A stretch of DNA of 64,000 bases from a virus (lineage: Duplodnaviria; Heunggongvirae; Uroviricota; Caudoviricetes), in the IMG/VR virus record IMGVR_UViG_3300045988_024527, positions 29,796-93,795 of that record; one strand, 5' to 3'. Below are positions 39,566 through 48,115 of this stretch, piece after piece. The notes beneath the pieces are model-generated. The model made no database searches. It was given only the letters and a program-made list of their open reading frames with translations, and was not told the origin of the DNA. Each line of letters begins with the position of its first letter. Positions within the stretch are counted from its first letter, which is position 1. A program made the position numbers and the translations under genes.

Positions 39566-40345
39566 ATGGGTATTGTAAAAGTTGTAAAAGGTAACTTACT
39601 AGCTGCCTTCAAAAACACAGACATTGAATTAATTGCTCATGGTTGCAACTGTCGTAACCTCATGGGTGCTGGAATCGCTCAAAAAATTGCTAAGATTTTC
39701 CCAAAAGCTGAAGAAGCTGACCGGAAATTCCATAAGAAATTTGGCTATAGTGCTCATGATATCGGATACCAGATGATTGGTGAAGTGTCACATGCTCGAA
39801 CGGAGTACGGTTACATTTTTAATCTATACACACAGTTGGATGTTGGGAAGTGCGCATCATACCGATACTTAGTAGAGGCACTGGAAAAACTCCGCAAGTT
39901 TTGCTGGATGAACTCTATCCGTAAAATTGGATTACCTATGATTGGTGCAGGTATTGGGGGTTTAGATGCGGAGGCTGTAAAAAGCATCATTAATAGTGTC
40001 ATGCACAATGTTGATGTGTACCTTTACGTCTATGATAAAGAGATGGCAAGTGTAGTTACCCCTAAGTATGCTACCTCAGCACCACAATTCTATGATGGTG
40101 TCGTGCTAAGTGACGGGAAGACCAATCAAGTTACCCTCTATCAACTTGTTGAAGGTAAGGTCGAGGTTAGTTACCCTCTGGTTAGTGAGATGGGTATGTG
40201 CAACAGTGAAATGTTCCCAGTTGACCCGTTTGGAAGATATGAAGGTGTATTCTTTGATAACTACCCAGCAGCGTACATCTACACAACAAATCAGGATGAA
40301 GTTCACTACTTGCTGTATTCTAAAAAGTTCAAATTCATAAGCTGA
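39566..40345 (+). CDS. macro domain protein (ADP-ribose binding/hydrolase fold)
   Basis: macro signatures AHGCNCRNLMGAGIAQKIAKIFP and GLPMIGAGIGGLD; extra C-terminal domain. Confidence 0.7.
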   Translation: MGIVKVVKGNLLAAFKNTDIELIAHGCNCRNLMGAGIAQKIAKIFPKAEEADRKFHKKFGYSAHDIGYQMIGEVSHARTEYGYIFNLYTQLDVGKCASYRYLVEALEKLRKFCWMNSIRKIGLPMIGAGIGGLDAEAVKSIINSVMHNVDVYLYVYDKEMASVVTPKYATSAPQFYDGVVLSDGKTNQVTLYQLVEGKVEVSYPLVSEMGMCNSEMFPVDPFGRYEGVFFDNYPAAYIYTTNQDEVHYLLYSKKFKFIS

Positions 40346-40378
40346 TTAGTACTTCACAGTATCTACAAATCATCTAAG

Positions 40379-40426
40379 AAGGCTGCCTAACCCATTGAGA
40401 AATTTAAGGTAAGGCGGCCTTTTTCA
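40379..40426 (+). terminator. stem-loop with U-tract, probable terminator
   Basis: AGGCTGCC...GGCGGCCT + TTTTC. Confidence 0.4.
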
Positions 40427-40429
40427 TTT

Positions 40430-40675
40430 TCAATTTGTGCAGGTATCTGTAGGGGTCTGCACAGATATCCCAAAAAATCTCATCGCCGGATAGAAAAATC
40501 ATTTTCAAAACGTGCAGACCCCGCTCAGGTCGGGCAAGAAAAATCATTTTAGAATCGTGCAGGTAGGTTTTTATAGAGAGCCAGACCAGCCCCTCTCCCC
40601 CTCTTACTCCCCCTCTCCCCAAAAGTCAAGAGAAAAATTTGTAGCGGATTGAAAAATAATTCTTGATTTGTGTTC
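40430..40675 (+). promoter_or_regulatory. operator/iteron-like direct repeats (4 copies of TCATTTTNNAANNGTGCAG) with inverted repeat and C-rich tract
   Basis: copies near 40433, 40498, 40544, 40655; inverted TGTGCAG..CTGCACA at 40436-40463; CCCCTCTCCCCCTCTTACTCCCCCTCTCCCC at 40589-40620. Confidence 0.6.
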
Positions 40676-40741
40676 TGTTTTGTGGTAGTCGTGCGCGCCC
40701 GTTCCTCTCCCAACCTTACAAAAAATATTTAATAAAAACTG

Positions 40742-40770
40742 TTGACACACAAAACAGGTTTACGTAATAT
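40742..40770 (+). promoter_or_regulatory. consensus sigma70 promoter
   Basis: TTGACA-17 bp-TAATAT about 50 bp upstream of first cassette gene. Confidence 0.65.
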
Positions 40771-40819
40771 TTGCATCAGACGGGCAAGCAAGCCCACTTC
40801 CTAAACTGGAGATTCTAAA

Positions 40820-41026
40820 ATGTTATATCAACGCCAATTGATGATTGTAGACAATAACAAGACTAAAAAGCGCCGCTTCTTTATGCTTATTTGTGATGTA
40901 TGGCAACGTATCTCAGAAAAGGATTTTGATAAATATGTTGATACATCAATCAGGTCTGATTGTTACTTGACAAATCGCACAAGACAATTTACAAGACATA
41001 CGGCAATTTACTATTACGATAAATAA
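40820..41026 (+). CDS. small hypothetical protein (cassette array gene 1)
   Basis: preceded by CCTAAACTGGAGATTCTAAAATG leader. Confidence 0.5.
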   Translation: MLYQRQLMIVDNNKTKKRRFFMLICDVWQRISEKDFDKYVDTSIRSDCYLTNRTRQFTRHTAIYYYDK

Positions 41027-41037
41027 AAGTACTTTAC

Positions 41038-41112
41038 AAGGGGCTTAAAAGTTGATATCTTAAGCCCCAGATAAAGAGCTTTACTACTAAGTCCTAAACT
41101 GGAGATTCTAAA
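41038..41112 (+). repeat. cassette boundary type B (stem-loop + conserved RBS leader)
   Basis: GGGGCTTA..TAAGCCCC hairpin + AGATAAAGAGCTTTAC + CTAAACTGGAGATTCTAAAATG; copies at 42889 and 43681; variant at 41640. Confidence 0.75.
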
Positions 41113-41625
41113 ATGAAAACTGTAGACGCTACCTTTGAAGTTGTAAAAGAAAAATTCACTATTATTTATGAAGCTGTGAATTGCTTTGAAGCAAGCCATA
41201 ATCTTGATAATTGGGAGTTTACAGACACCCATCAGGGCGGCGTGACTATTAAAAACCCCAACTATCAGCGTAATGATTTTAAATATGCAATCCCTTTGCA
41301 TTACAGCCTTAAACAGCTTTCAAGTGACTATGCAAAACAGGGCCGGGAAAATCCATCAAAAGAGGCTTACATTAGCTTACAGAAAGAATTGGAAAGAGAT
41401 TTAGAGGCTTCAGAATACAACCTTGCCGCGAAAGTTGTCGATGCAAATGGTCAAACAATTTTAGACAGTTTTTATATTGGTTACGCTTTTGATTGGTGCT
41501 ATAGTGACGGCGATGATTTAGAGGATAGACTAAAAGAAGAGGTGAGCAATTCAGACGCAGAAACTGAAGTATTAGAACGTTTGGAATCATTAAAAGACTC
41601 AGTGATGAATATCTTTAAGAACTAA
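41113..41625 (+). CDS. acidic hypothetical protein (cassette array gene 2)
   Basis: 170 aa, Asp/Glu-rich C-terminal half. Confidence 0.55.
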   Translation: MKTVDATFEVVKEKFTIIYEAVNCFEASHNLDNWEFTDTHQGGVTIKNPNYQRNDFKYAIPLHYSLKQLSSDYAKQGRENPSKEAYISLQKELERDLEASEYNLAAKVVDANGQTILDSFYIGYAFDWCYSDGDDLEDRLKEEVSNSDAETEVLERLESLKDSVMNIFKN

Positions 41626-41639
41626 ATAGATTTCTTTAC

Positions 41640-41717
41640 ACGGGGTTATCAAGCTGATAAGATAGCCCCAGATAAAGAGCTTTATTCAAATCAACCCTTA
41701 AACTAGGAGACTCTAAA
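41640..41717 (+). repeat. cassette boundary type B variant
   Basis: GGGG..CCCC hairpin + AGATAAAGAGCTTTA + CCTTAAACTAGGAGACTCTAAAATG. Confidence 0.65.
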
Positions 41718-42014
41718 ATGAAATTATCAAATAAAGTCCGTGAAAATCTAAGCAAGTTACTCAATAAAATTGATTTCATTGAAACATCAAGGAATAGTCA
41801 TGATGTTATGGAATGGTTACACGGAAAAATCAAAGGCCGTCGTGTAGTGATTTGCTTATGGAATAGTTGTAGGGAATATAAAAAACCTGTATTGCAAGTC
41901 AATATCTACGATGATACTTTTAAAAGCCCTGTAAAGTCTAAAAGCGATTTATTAGAATCTTATGAGATAACTGTAAATGGCAAGGTATCACGTAAAGAGG
42001 AAACACCATGTTAA
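41718..42014 (+). CDS. small hypothetical protein (cassette array gene 3)
   Basis: 98 aa ORF. Confidence 0.5.
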   Translation: MKLSNKVRENLSKLLNKIDFIETSRNSHDVMEWLHGKIKGRRVVICLWNSCREYKKPVLQVNIYDDTFKSPVKSKSDLLESYEITVNGKVSRKEETPC

Positions 42015-42340
42015 TGACTGGTATCACTGCAATCATTGCCATTTTCGCGCTCTATAAGGCGTATAAGGCCTATAATCTAGCAAATAAGGCAATCACACAG
42101 CAGGTTAGCAATAACTTGGTAGAGAGCTTTCTAGGACGCCTCAGTGATGAGCAAATAAAGCGGCTAGATATGAGCTTCAGATATAAAGCGAAAACCTATC
42201 AGATAAGTGACATCTTCAAAGATGATTTTCAGTTAGTCGATGATTATAATTCACTGATAAATGCTTTGAATATCAGTGACTTAAAAGACTACTACGCTGT
42301 AATTGTTCAAGAGTTGAGCAAACGAAAACAAAATTCTTGA
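42008..42340 (+). CDS. small membrane-anchored hypothetical protein (cassette array gene 4)
   Basis: N-terminal hydrophobic helix GITAIIAIFALY; overlaps previous stop. Confidence 0.5.
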   Translation: MLMTGITAIIAIFALYKAYKAYNLANKAITQQVSNNLVESFLGRLSDEQIKRLDMSFRYKAKTYQISDIFKDDFQLVDDYNSLINALNISDLKDYYAVIVQELSKRKQNS

Positions 42341-42344
42341 CACT

Positions 42345-42430
42345 GATTTTTAGATAGGCTAAATTACACATCAACGGGGAGGGAATGACCTTCCCCACTA
42401 AATAAAGTCCTAAACTGGAGATTCAAAAAA
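42345..42430 (+). repeat. cassette boundary type A (promoter + stem-loop + conserved RBS leader)
   Basis: TTGACA-17-TAAATT then GGGGAGG-GAATGAC-CTTCCCC hairpin then ACTAAATAAAGTCCTAAACTGGAGATTC..ATG; copies at 43385, 44636, 45397, 45990. Confidence 0.75.
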
Positions 42431-42589
42431 ATGTTTTGTGCAGGTGATAAAGTTGTCTGGAATGATATAGATGACGGTTTATGTACGAAAGTTGTTGTTA
42501 TCTTAGAAATTGATTATATCACTGGTGTTGCAACTGTAGCAGATAATGATATAATCTTTGATGTCTTAATTAGTGAACTGTCAAAATAA
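42431..42589 (+). CDS. small hypothetical protein (cassette array gene 5)
   Basis: 52 aa ORF below track cutoff, directly after type A leader. Confidence 0.45.
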   Translation: MFCAGDKVVWNDIDDGLCTKVVVILEIDYITGVATVADNDIIFDVLISELSK

Positions 42590-42614
42590 AATCCTTAAAC
42601 TAGGAGCTTTTAAA

Positions 42615-42887
42615 ATGTATACTACCAACAACGGTCGCACCTTAAACGTAACCCTTCGTCACTATGTGAACGGTGTAATGCACTTCGAGGATTTACAAGC
42701 CGAACAACATATCTTAGATTGGCAACTTGCAGGACTACAAAAAACTGCTACAGGATACGGTAAAAAGATTCCAACCAGTTGGAAAGTACACTACGAAGGA
42801 CGTTTGCGCAGAATTTATCAGGATGTATGTAGCAATAGTGCATCGAGTTACATCATAGTAAAAGGTAAAAAACTGCATTTAGTGTAA
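42615..42887 (+). CDS. small hypothetical protein (cassette array gene 6)
   Basis: start placed at ATG after CCTTAAACTAGGAGCTTTTAAAATG leader (track ORF 42573 starts upstream). Confidence 0.5.
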   Translation: MYTTNNGRTLNVTLRHYVNGVMHFEDLQAEQHILDWQLAGLQKTATGYGKKIPTSWKVHYEGRLRRIYQDVCSNSASSYIIVKGKKLHLV

Positions 42888-42888
42888 A

Positions 42889-42972
42889 GTACTTTACAGG
42901 GGGCTTATAGTTCGATAAAGTAAGCCCCAGATAAAGAGCTTTACCACTAAGTCCTAAATTGGAGATTCTAAA
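42889..42972 (+). repeat. cassette boundary type B
   Basis: near-identical to 41038-41112. Confidence 0.75.
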
Positions 42973-43377
42973 ATGGCTATTAACAACCGTGAGTTATCAA
43001 TCTTAAAAGCGCGTTTGACCGTTAACCGGATTAATGTTATCACGTCATCAGCACCGGACGAAACATTACACAACATTATCGGGAAGATTCAAAGCGTTAT
43101 CTTAGACGTTGAAAATGTAAAAAGCTCATTGGCTGACGTTGCAGCAGGTATCACGCTAGACGGCGCACAATATGAAATGGCTGACATGTTAGGCAAATCA
43201 AAGATAATGAATAAAGAATTAGACTTGAAAATATTTCGATTTGCTGTCAAAGTGTGGCTATCTGTCGAGTATGACGCTAATTTTGCAATCGCTGATTTCT
43301 TTGCCACTTGGTTACAACGTAATTTGACAAATCACGATTTTCGTGATGTCTGTGATGTAATTTATGCAGAACTCTAA
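42973..43377 (+). CDS. hypothetical protein (cassette array gene 7)
   Basis: 134 aa ORF. Confidence 0.5.
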   Translation: MAINNRELSILKARLTVNRINVITSSAPDETLHNIIGKIQSVILDVENVKSSLADVAAGITLDGAQYEMADMLGKSKIMNKELDLKIFRFAVKVWLSVEYDANFAIADFFATWLQRNLTNHDFRDVCDVIYAEL

Positions 43378-43384
43378 AAATTTT

Positions 43385-43478
43385 GTTGACACTGGTTTTT
43401 AGATAGATTAAATTACACATCAACGGGGAGGGAATGACCTTCCCCACTAAATAAAGTCCTAAACTGGAGATTCTAAAA
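43385..43478 (+). repeat. cassette boundary type A (promoter + stem-loop + RBS)
   Basis: near-identical to 42345-42430. Confidence 0.75.
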
Positions 43479-43682
43479 ATGGCTATTATTAACGGCTTAA
43501 CCATTGAAACTACACACATCAAAGATATTAAAGTTGGTGATATAGTCCTTTCCCACGGCGTAGAAAAAACTGTCACTGCAAAGGATATCAAAGAGGATTC
43601 TTTCATGGGTAGGACTCTTTTCGGTGATTCTTATTGTTTAGGTTACCTTGCAGTTTTAAAAGTTGTCAAAAATAACAAATAA
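43479..43682 (+). CDS. small hypothetical protein (cassette array gene 8)
   Basis: 67 aa ORF. Confidence 0.5.
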   Translation: MAIINGLTIETTHIKDIKVGDIVLSHGVEKTVTAKDIKEDSFMGRTLFGDSYCLGYLAVLKVVKNNK

Positions 43683-43769
43683 AGTACTTTACAAGGGGCT
43701 TATAGTTCGATAAAGTAAGCCCCAGATAAAGAGCTTTACCACTAAATCCTTAAACTAGGAGATTCAAAA
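43681..43769 (+). repeat. cassette boundary type B
   Basis: near-identical to 42889-42972. Confidence 0.75.
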
Positions 43770-44336
43770 ATGAAATGCTATCACGGCACTACTCTGAAAA
43801 ACTTTGTAAACCTGCTTAAAGGTGGCGACAAGCCGGAAGGTATCTGGAACTGCTCTTACATGGATGATTGTTTTTACGTTTACCCGATGGATAAGATTAT
43901 CAAGACGGAATGCCTGGAAGATGAAGAAGCCTCTTACATCCGTGAACGCTGCATTCAAAACGCTTTAGAGTCGGGGCTTATTACGGCAGCTTTCCAAATG
44001 GAAACGCAGGAAGTGATTGTAATTGAGATGGATATCCCAGAGGAAGAACTTGAGGACGATTATTCTTGTGACAACATGAGCGAAATCGCCAGCTTTACCG
44101 GTTACTTTGATAAAGATTGGATTATCGGTATTCACTCGACGAAATTTAGTGCAATGTATGCGCCATTCTTTGTACCTGATACAACTAACCACAATTTGGG
44201 CTATATTGACGATGATTTGTTGAGTATTGCAAAAATTGTACAGAATAGCGGGGATACTTCTTCTGTGTTTTGTGACCTGTTGGATAAAATTACCGAGAAT
44301 CTCACAGAGCGCAATCTAAGCGACTTTTTAGTCTAA
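43770..44336 (+). CDS. acidic hypothetical protein (cassette array gene 9)
   Basis: 188 aa, strongly acidic (IPEEELEDDYSCDNMSE). Confidence 0.55.
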   Translation: MKCYHGTTLKNFVNLLKGGDKPEGIWNCSYMDDCFYVYPMDKIIKTECLEDEEASYIRERCIQNALESGLITAAFQMETQEVIVIEMDIPEEELEDDYSCDNMSEIASFTGYFDKDWIIGIHSTKFSAMYAPFFVPDTTNHNLGYIDDDLLSIAKIVQNSGDTSSVFCDLLDKITENLTERNLSDFLV

Positions 44337-44399
44337 GCAGTACAAAGACACTAATTTCCAACTTAAGGCCCATACAGGGCCATTTAGAGGGCCTAAATC

Positions 44400-44633
44400 A
44401 TGCTTACAACCGTTTATCTCATCCTTTCTATTTGTAATGGTCATTCATGTGATTTTAAAGGGCTTGAGGAGTTTACAGGAAGTAAAGAAAATGCTATTCA
44501 AGTTTGTCAGATAGCAAGACAAGACTATCCCGCAAGTGATGATATTCAGTGTTACTTTAAGACAGAAGATGGCGACGGAATCTATTTCGACAGTGTTGAT
44601 GGTCAATATGAAATTATCATTGAAAAAGACTAG
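44400..44633 (+). CDS. small Cys-containing hypothetical protein (cassette array gene 10)
   Basis: 77 aa; different upstream leader. Confidence 0.45.
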   Translation: MLTTVYLILSICNGHSCDFKGLEEFTGSKENAIQVCQIARQDYPASDDIQCYFKTEDGDGIYFDSVDGQYEIIIEKD

Positions 44634-44635
44634 AC

Positions 44636-44727
44636 AAGCCTGATAAAAACCTGTAAATTGTCAATCAACGGGGAGGCGATAACACCCCCCCCCACTAAAT
44701 AAATTCCTAAACTGGAGATTCAAAAAG
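44636..44727 (+). repeat. cassette boundary type A variant
   Basis: -10 TAAATT, hairpin GGGGAGGCGATAACACCCCCCCCC, leader ACTAAATAAATTCCTAAACTGGAGATTC. Confidence 0.65.
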
Positions 44728-44874
44728 ATGACGCATACTATTGAGACAGTTTTTAACAACCCTGTATTCTCAGAGATGATTTTCTCATTTGTCATAATGT
44801 TACTAGTAAAAACCATGAAAAAAGCAGAAAAACTTCATTTAAAGAAAAAATCTATTGTAAACCGTTTTAAGTAA
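44728..44874 (+). CDS. small hydrophobic protein (cassette array gene 11)
   Basis: 48 aa ORF below track cutoff with hydrophobic core. Confidence 0.4.
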   Translation: MTHTIETVFNNPVFSEMIFSFVIMLLVKTMKKAEKLHLKKKSIVNRFK

Positions 44875-44921
44875 AGATAAAGTATCTAGCAATCTCACTT
44901 CCTAAACTGGAGAATCTAAAA

Positions 44922-45263
44922 ATGGCTTATGTAACCGTAATTACCGATAAAGCTGGCTCATCTTGGTCAACTCAAGTAAGTGATAAGATGTCACCTATGC
45001 AGTGCCTAAAATACTTTGAGCAGTGGAATAAAGGCGAGGATGTAAACCCATTTCAAGTGATGCAGGTTATCCATGTAGATAACGAAGGGAATAAAACGAC
45101 TCTGAATAGTGAGTACTACGCAAGCCGTTTTGAAACGAGAAGTAAGACAATGAAGCTTTTACGTGAATCCGGTTATGCCCATATCGCCGCGTTAATCTGG
45201 GATGACCTTCTAAAAAGTCAGCGTATCAGCTATGTAAAACCTGAAAAAATATTCATCAGTTAA
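44922..45263 (+). CDS. hypothetical protein (cassette array gene 12)
   Basis: 113 aa; leader TTCCTAAACTGGAGAATCTAAAAATG. Confidence 0.5.
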   Translation: MAYVTVITDKAGSSWSTQVSDKMSPMQCLKYFEQWNKGEDVNPFQVMQVIHVDNEGNKTTLNSEYYASRFETRSKTMKLLRESGYAHIAALIWDDLLKSQRISYVKPEKIFIS

Positions 45264-45396
45264 TCAATAACTTACAAAAAACTTTTAAAAAAGTATTGAC
45301 AATACCCCTTGACATTGGTAACTTTGTTCGAGGGGGTTTATCTAAAAGGGATTCACTTAAAAGATTCTTTATAGATAAGCTTAAAAAATTGCTTGC

Positions 45397-45483
45397 AATC
45401 AGCTATCAAAACAAGTAAATTACTAATCAACGGGGAGGCAATAACATCCCCACTAAATAAATTCCTAAACTGGAGATTCTAAA
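45397..45483 (+). repeat. cassette boundary type A variant
   Basis: TTGCAA-17-TAAATT, hairpin GGGGAGGCAATAACATCCCC, conserved leader. Confidence 0.65.
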
Positions 45484-46014
45484 ATGAACAAATTTCAAGC
45501 TATCAACTTCATTCGTTCAAATGCTGTAATGTCTAAGCCTGTTAAAGATACCTATGAATTTCGCTGCAATGGGGTACACTTTGCAACCATCACTAAATCA
45601 GAAAACGGGGCTTATTACGTTCATCGTCGTAATGTTTATACCGTTGTAGTCTCTCACTTTATGCAAGCTGTAGCAGAGTTATTACCGTTATTCTTAGAGA
45701 TTTACTTAGATGAGTGTAAAAACGTTCACAACCACGTTAAAAACCTTTTAAACGGTTATAAAATGGCTTATGAGCGTTCTATCAAGTCCTTAAACAAGTT
45801 CTATAAAGCCCCTGCAAATACTGTATCAATAGCTTATGATGTAAGCGGTGAAATGGTCAACCTCTCCAATGTAGAACAAATTGGCCTTTATGACTTACGT
45901 CCTAGCGGTTACTCTAAGACACTGGGAGAGGGCTTATCTTTCAATATCAAGAACTTAGAGAAAACTTTAAAAGATATTGAAAAAGATATTGACGAGACAA
46001 TCAAAAATCTGTAA
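45484..46014 (+). CDS. hypothetical protein (cassette array gene 13)
   Basis: 176 aa ORF. Confidence 0.5.
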   Translation: MNKFQAINFIRSNAVMSKPVKDTYEFRCNGVHFATITKSENGAYYVHRRNVYTVVVSHFMQAVAELLPLFLEIYLDECKNVHNHVKNLLNGYKMAYERSIKSLNKFYKAPANTVSIAYDVSGEMVNLSNVEQIGLYDLRPSGYSKTLGEGLSFNIKNLEKTLKDIEKDIDETIKNL

Positions 46015-46081
46015 ATTGTCAATCAACGGGGAGGGAATGACCTTCCCCACTAAATAAAGCCCTAAACTGGAGAATCTAAAA
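45990..46081 (+). repeat. cassette boundary type A
   Basis: TTGACG-17-TAAATT overlapping stop of previous gene; GGGGAGGGAATGACCTTCCCC hairpin. Confidence 0.7.
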
Positions 46082-46330
46082 ATGGCAACTATCCGCGCTA
46101 CTGTTAACGAGTTCGGTTTTTCCTCTCTGGATGTTAAATTTGACATTGCAGGCACTGATAATGCCTTTGAAATGGTGAAAGGTCTTATCAGTCAGACCAT
46201 CAAAGATTATAATCCTTCGGATGAGTTCTGGGAGGAAACAAAACAAGAAGTTCTCAAGGATGGTTATACTTATCACTATTGGGGAGAAAAAATCGTCTCC
46301 CTGTACTACAACAAACAAGATTATAACTAA
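46082..46330 (+). CDS. small hypothetical protein (cassette array gene 14)
   Basis: 82 aa ORF. Confidence 0.5.
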   Translation: MATIRATVNEFGFSSLDVKFDIAGTDNAFEMVKGLISQTIKDYNPSDEFWEETKQEVLKDGYTYHYWGEKIVSLYYNKQDYN

Positions 46331-48115
46331 TCGACGCAGCGGGGCTAAATAGCCCCAGATACCTTTATACAGCCCCTCATAGGGGCTTTTTTACGTCTAT
46401 CGAATCCTTATACAATCTCTTTCCATCACCTTTCCAGAATCTTATCAGACCTTAAAAGCAATAACTCTATAGTCTACTCTATAACCTCTTATCAAATCAA
46501 CTTAAATAAAAGCCAATAACCCCAGAAAGGGGATGGCCCATTTAAACGCTCTATAACGCTCTATAACAGCCTTATTAACCTAACTTAAGGGATTGCATTA
46601 ACCTATCTTAAAAAGCTCTTTACAGGGCTTTATAGAGACTTAAAAGAATCTTATAAGGGTGTAAGCTTATAGGCTGGTTAGTATCTTGTGAATGGTTAAA
46701 CAACCCCCTTGCTAGTCACTAAAAAGCATGTTATAGGGGCTATAAAGTTACTTCAAAGTTACGTAAAAGTAGCTTAAAAGTTACGTAAATGCTAGCCCCC
46801 TTAACATTTTCTTAACATTTTCTTAACAAACCCTACACAGTTATACTTTTAAGACACTTGTTAGCAACTTGTTAGCCCCTTGTTAAATCTCTGTTAAGAC
46901 CACGTAAAAGCCTTGTAAGAGTCTTTGACATAGCCTTAAAAGCTTCTGTAAAGCCCTATAAAGAGGTGTCTGTACAGTTGGGGGGTAGATACTAGGAAGA
47001 GGCTTAAAAGAGCTTATAAAGAGCTATAGAGAGCTTTTAAGAGGGCTATTTAGAGAATCACTAAGAAGGGAAAGGGAACGATAAGAAAAAGAGAGTTATG
47101 TTTGTAAACAACCACTGTGACCATGTTAATAGCTTGTTAAAAAGATTAAACACTTGTTAGAAACTTGTTAATTATCTTAATTGGTATTGTTACCAATCCC
47201 TACAAAATAACTCTTAAAAATTAACTAATTAGTTCTTGTTAGTCATCTGTTAAGCCTCTGTAAAGCCTATTCAGCACTTGTTAATTGGTATTGTTACCAA
47301 TCCCTAGAAAACTGTTACATCCTTGTTAGTTCTGTTAAGAATCTGTTAAGACCTTTGAAGAGATGTTAAGAAGATGTGAGAACTGTTAAGAGATTGTTAA
47401 GGATATTTTAAAATTTTGCAAAGTACTTGTAAGGGAGCTGTTAAGGGCTACCAAGCAGATATACATCATGAGGTAGATTCTACCGAATCAACTAGACAGA
47501 TATTTTTCAGTTCCTTCAAAGACCCTAAAAAATGACTTGATAGTCCTATTTTATAAAAATTTTAAAATTCTGAATAATTACCTATACAGTCTTTTAAAAA
47601 TACAGGTAGAAACAGGCTTATAAGATACCTTGTTAGTACCGTGTTAGACCTTGTGAGATAAGGTCTGTAAAGATATTCCTGTTAAGTTTGTTAAAACAGT
47701 CTATATAGAGGCTTAGTAATACCTAGTGAACACCTATAGAGGGTATCATAGGTAACCTAGAGATTAAGAGATGTATAGGAGCTTCTAAGAGGGTGTAGAG
47801 GGATGGTTAAGGTGATTGTATAGGTTGTTAAGAAGGTTTGTTAGAAGAGTGTTTAGAAGGCTTGTTAGAGGGCTAGTTAGAAGGGTTATACAGAGGGGCT
47901 ATTAAGACCACTAGATAGTTACTAAGATACTATATAGTACTATATAACTATATATAGAGAGTAAGATTAAGAAGGTTGTTAAGAAGGATAGATATTTTGT
48001 TCACATATGATGGTGACCCAGAGGTTGGGACAACCGATAAAATTTTATAAAAAATATAAATTTCGTAAATTTTACTCAATAAAAAGCCCCCAATTAAGGA
48101 GGCTCTTAAGATATT
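46331..48115. repeat. 1.8 kb ORF-free region dense in short degenerate direct and inverted repeats
   Basis: no ORF of 60 aa or more; families CTTGTTAG/CTGTTAAG/GTTAGAAG, duplicated TTAATTGGTATTGTTACCAATCCCTA (47170, 47280), tandem CGCTCTATAA and CATTTTCTTAAC doublets; between convergent gene blocks. Confidence 0.7.

Noticed and set aside
40820-46330. Integron gene-cassette array with attC sites
   Set aside because: No integrase nearby, no GTTRRRY core or inverse-core pairs; several boundaries carry their own promoter, unlike promoterless integron cassettes.
46331-48115. Possible CRISPR array in the repeat-dense tract
   Set aside because: Repeats are short (8-12 bp), degenerate and irregularly spaced, with no 28-37 bp repeat-spacer periodicity and no cas genes.
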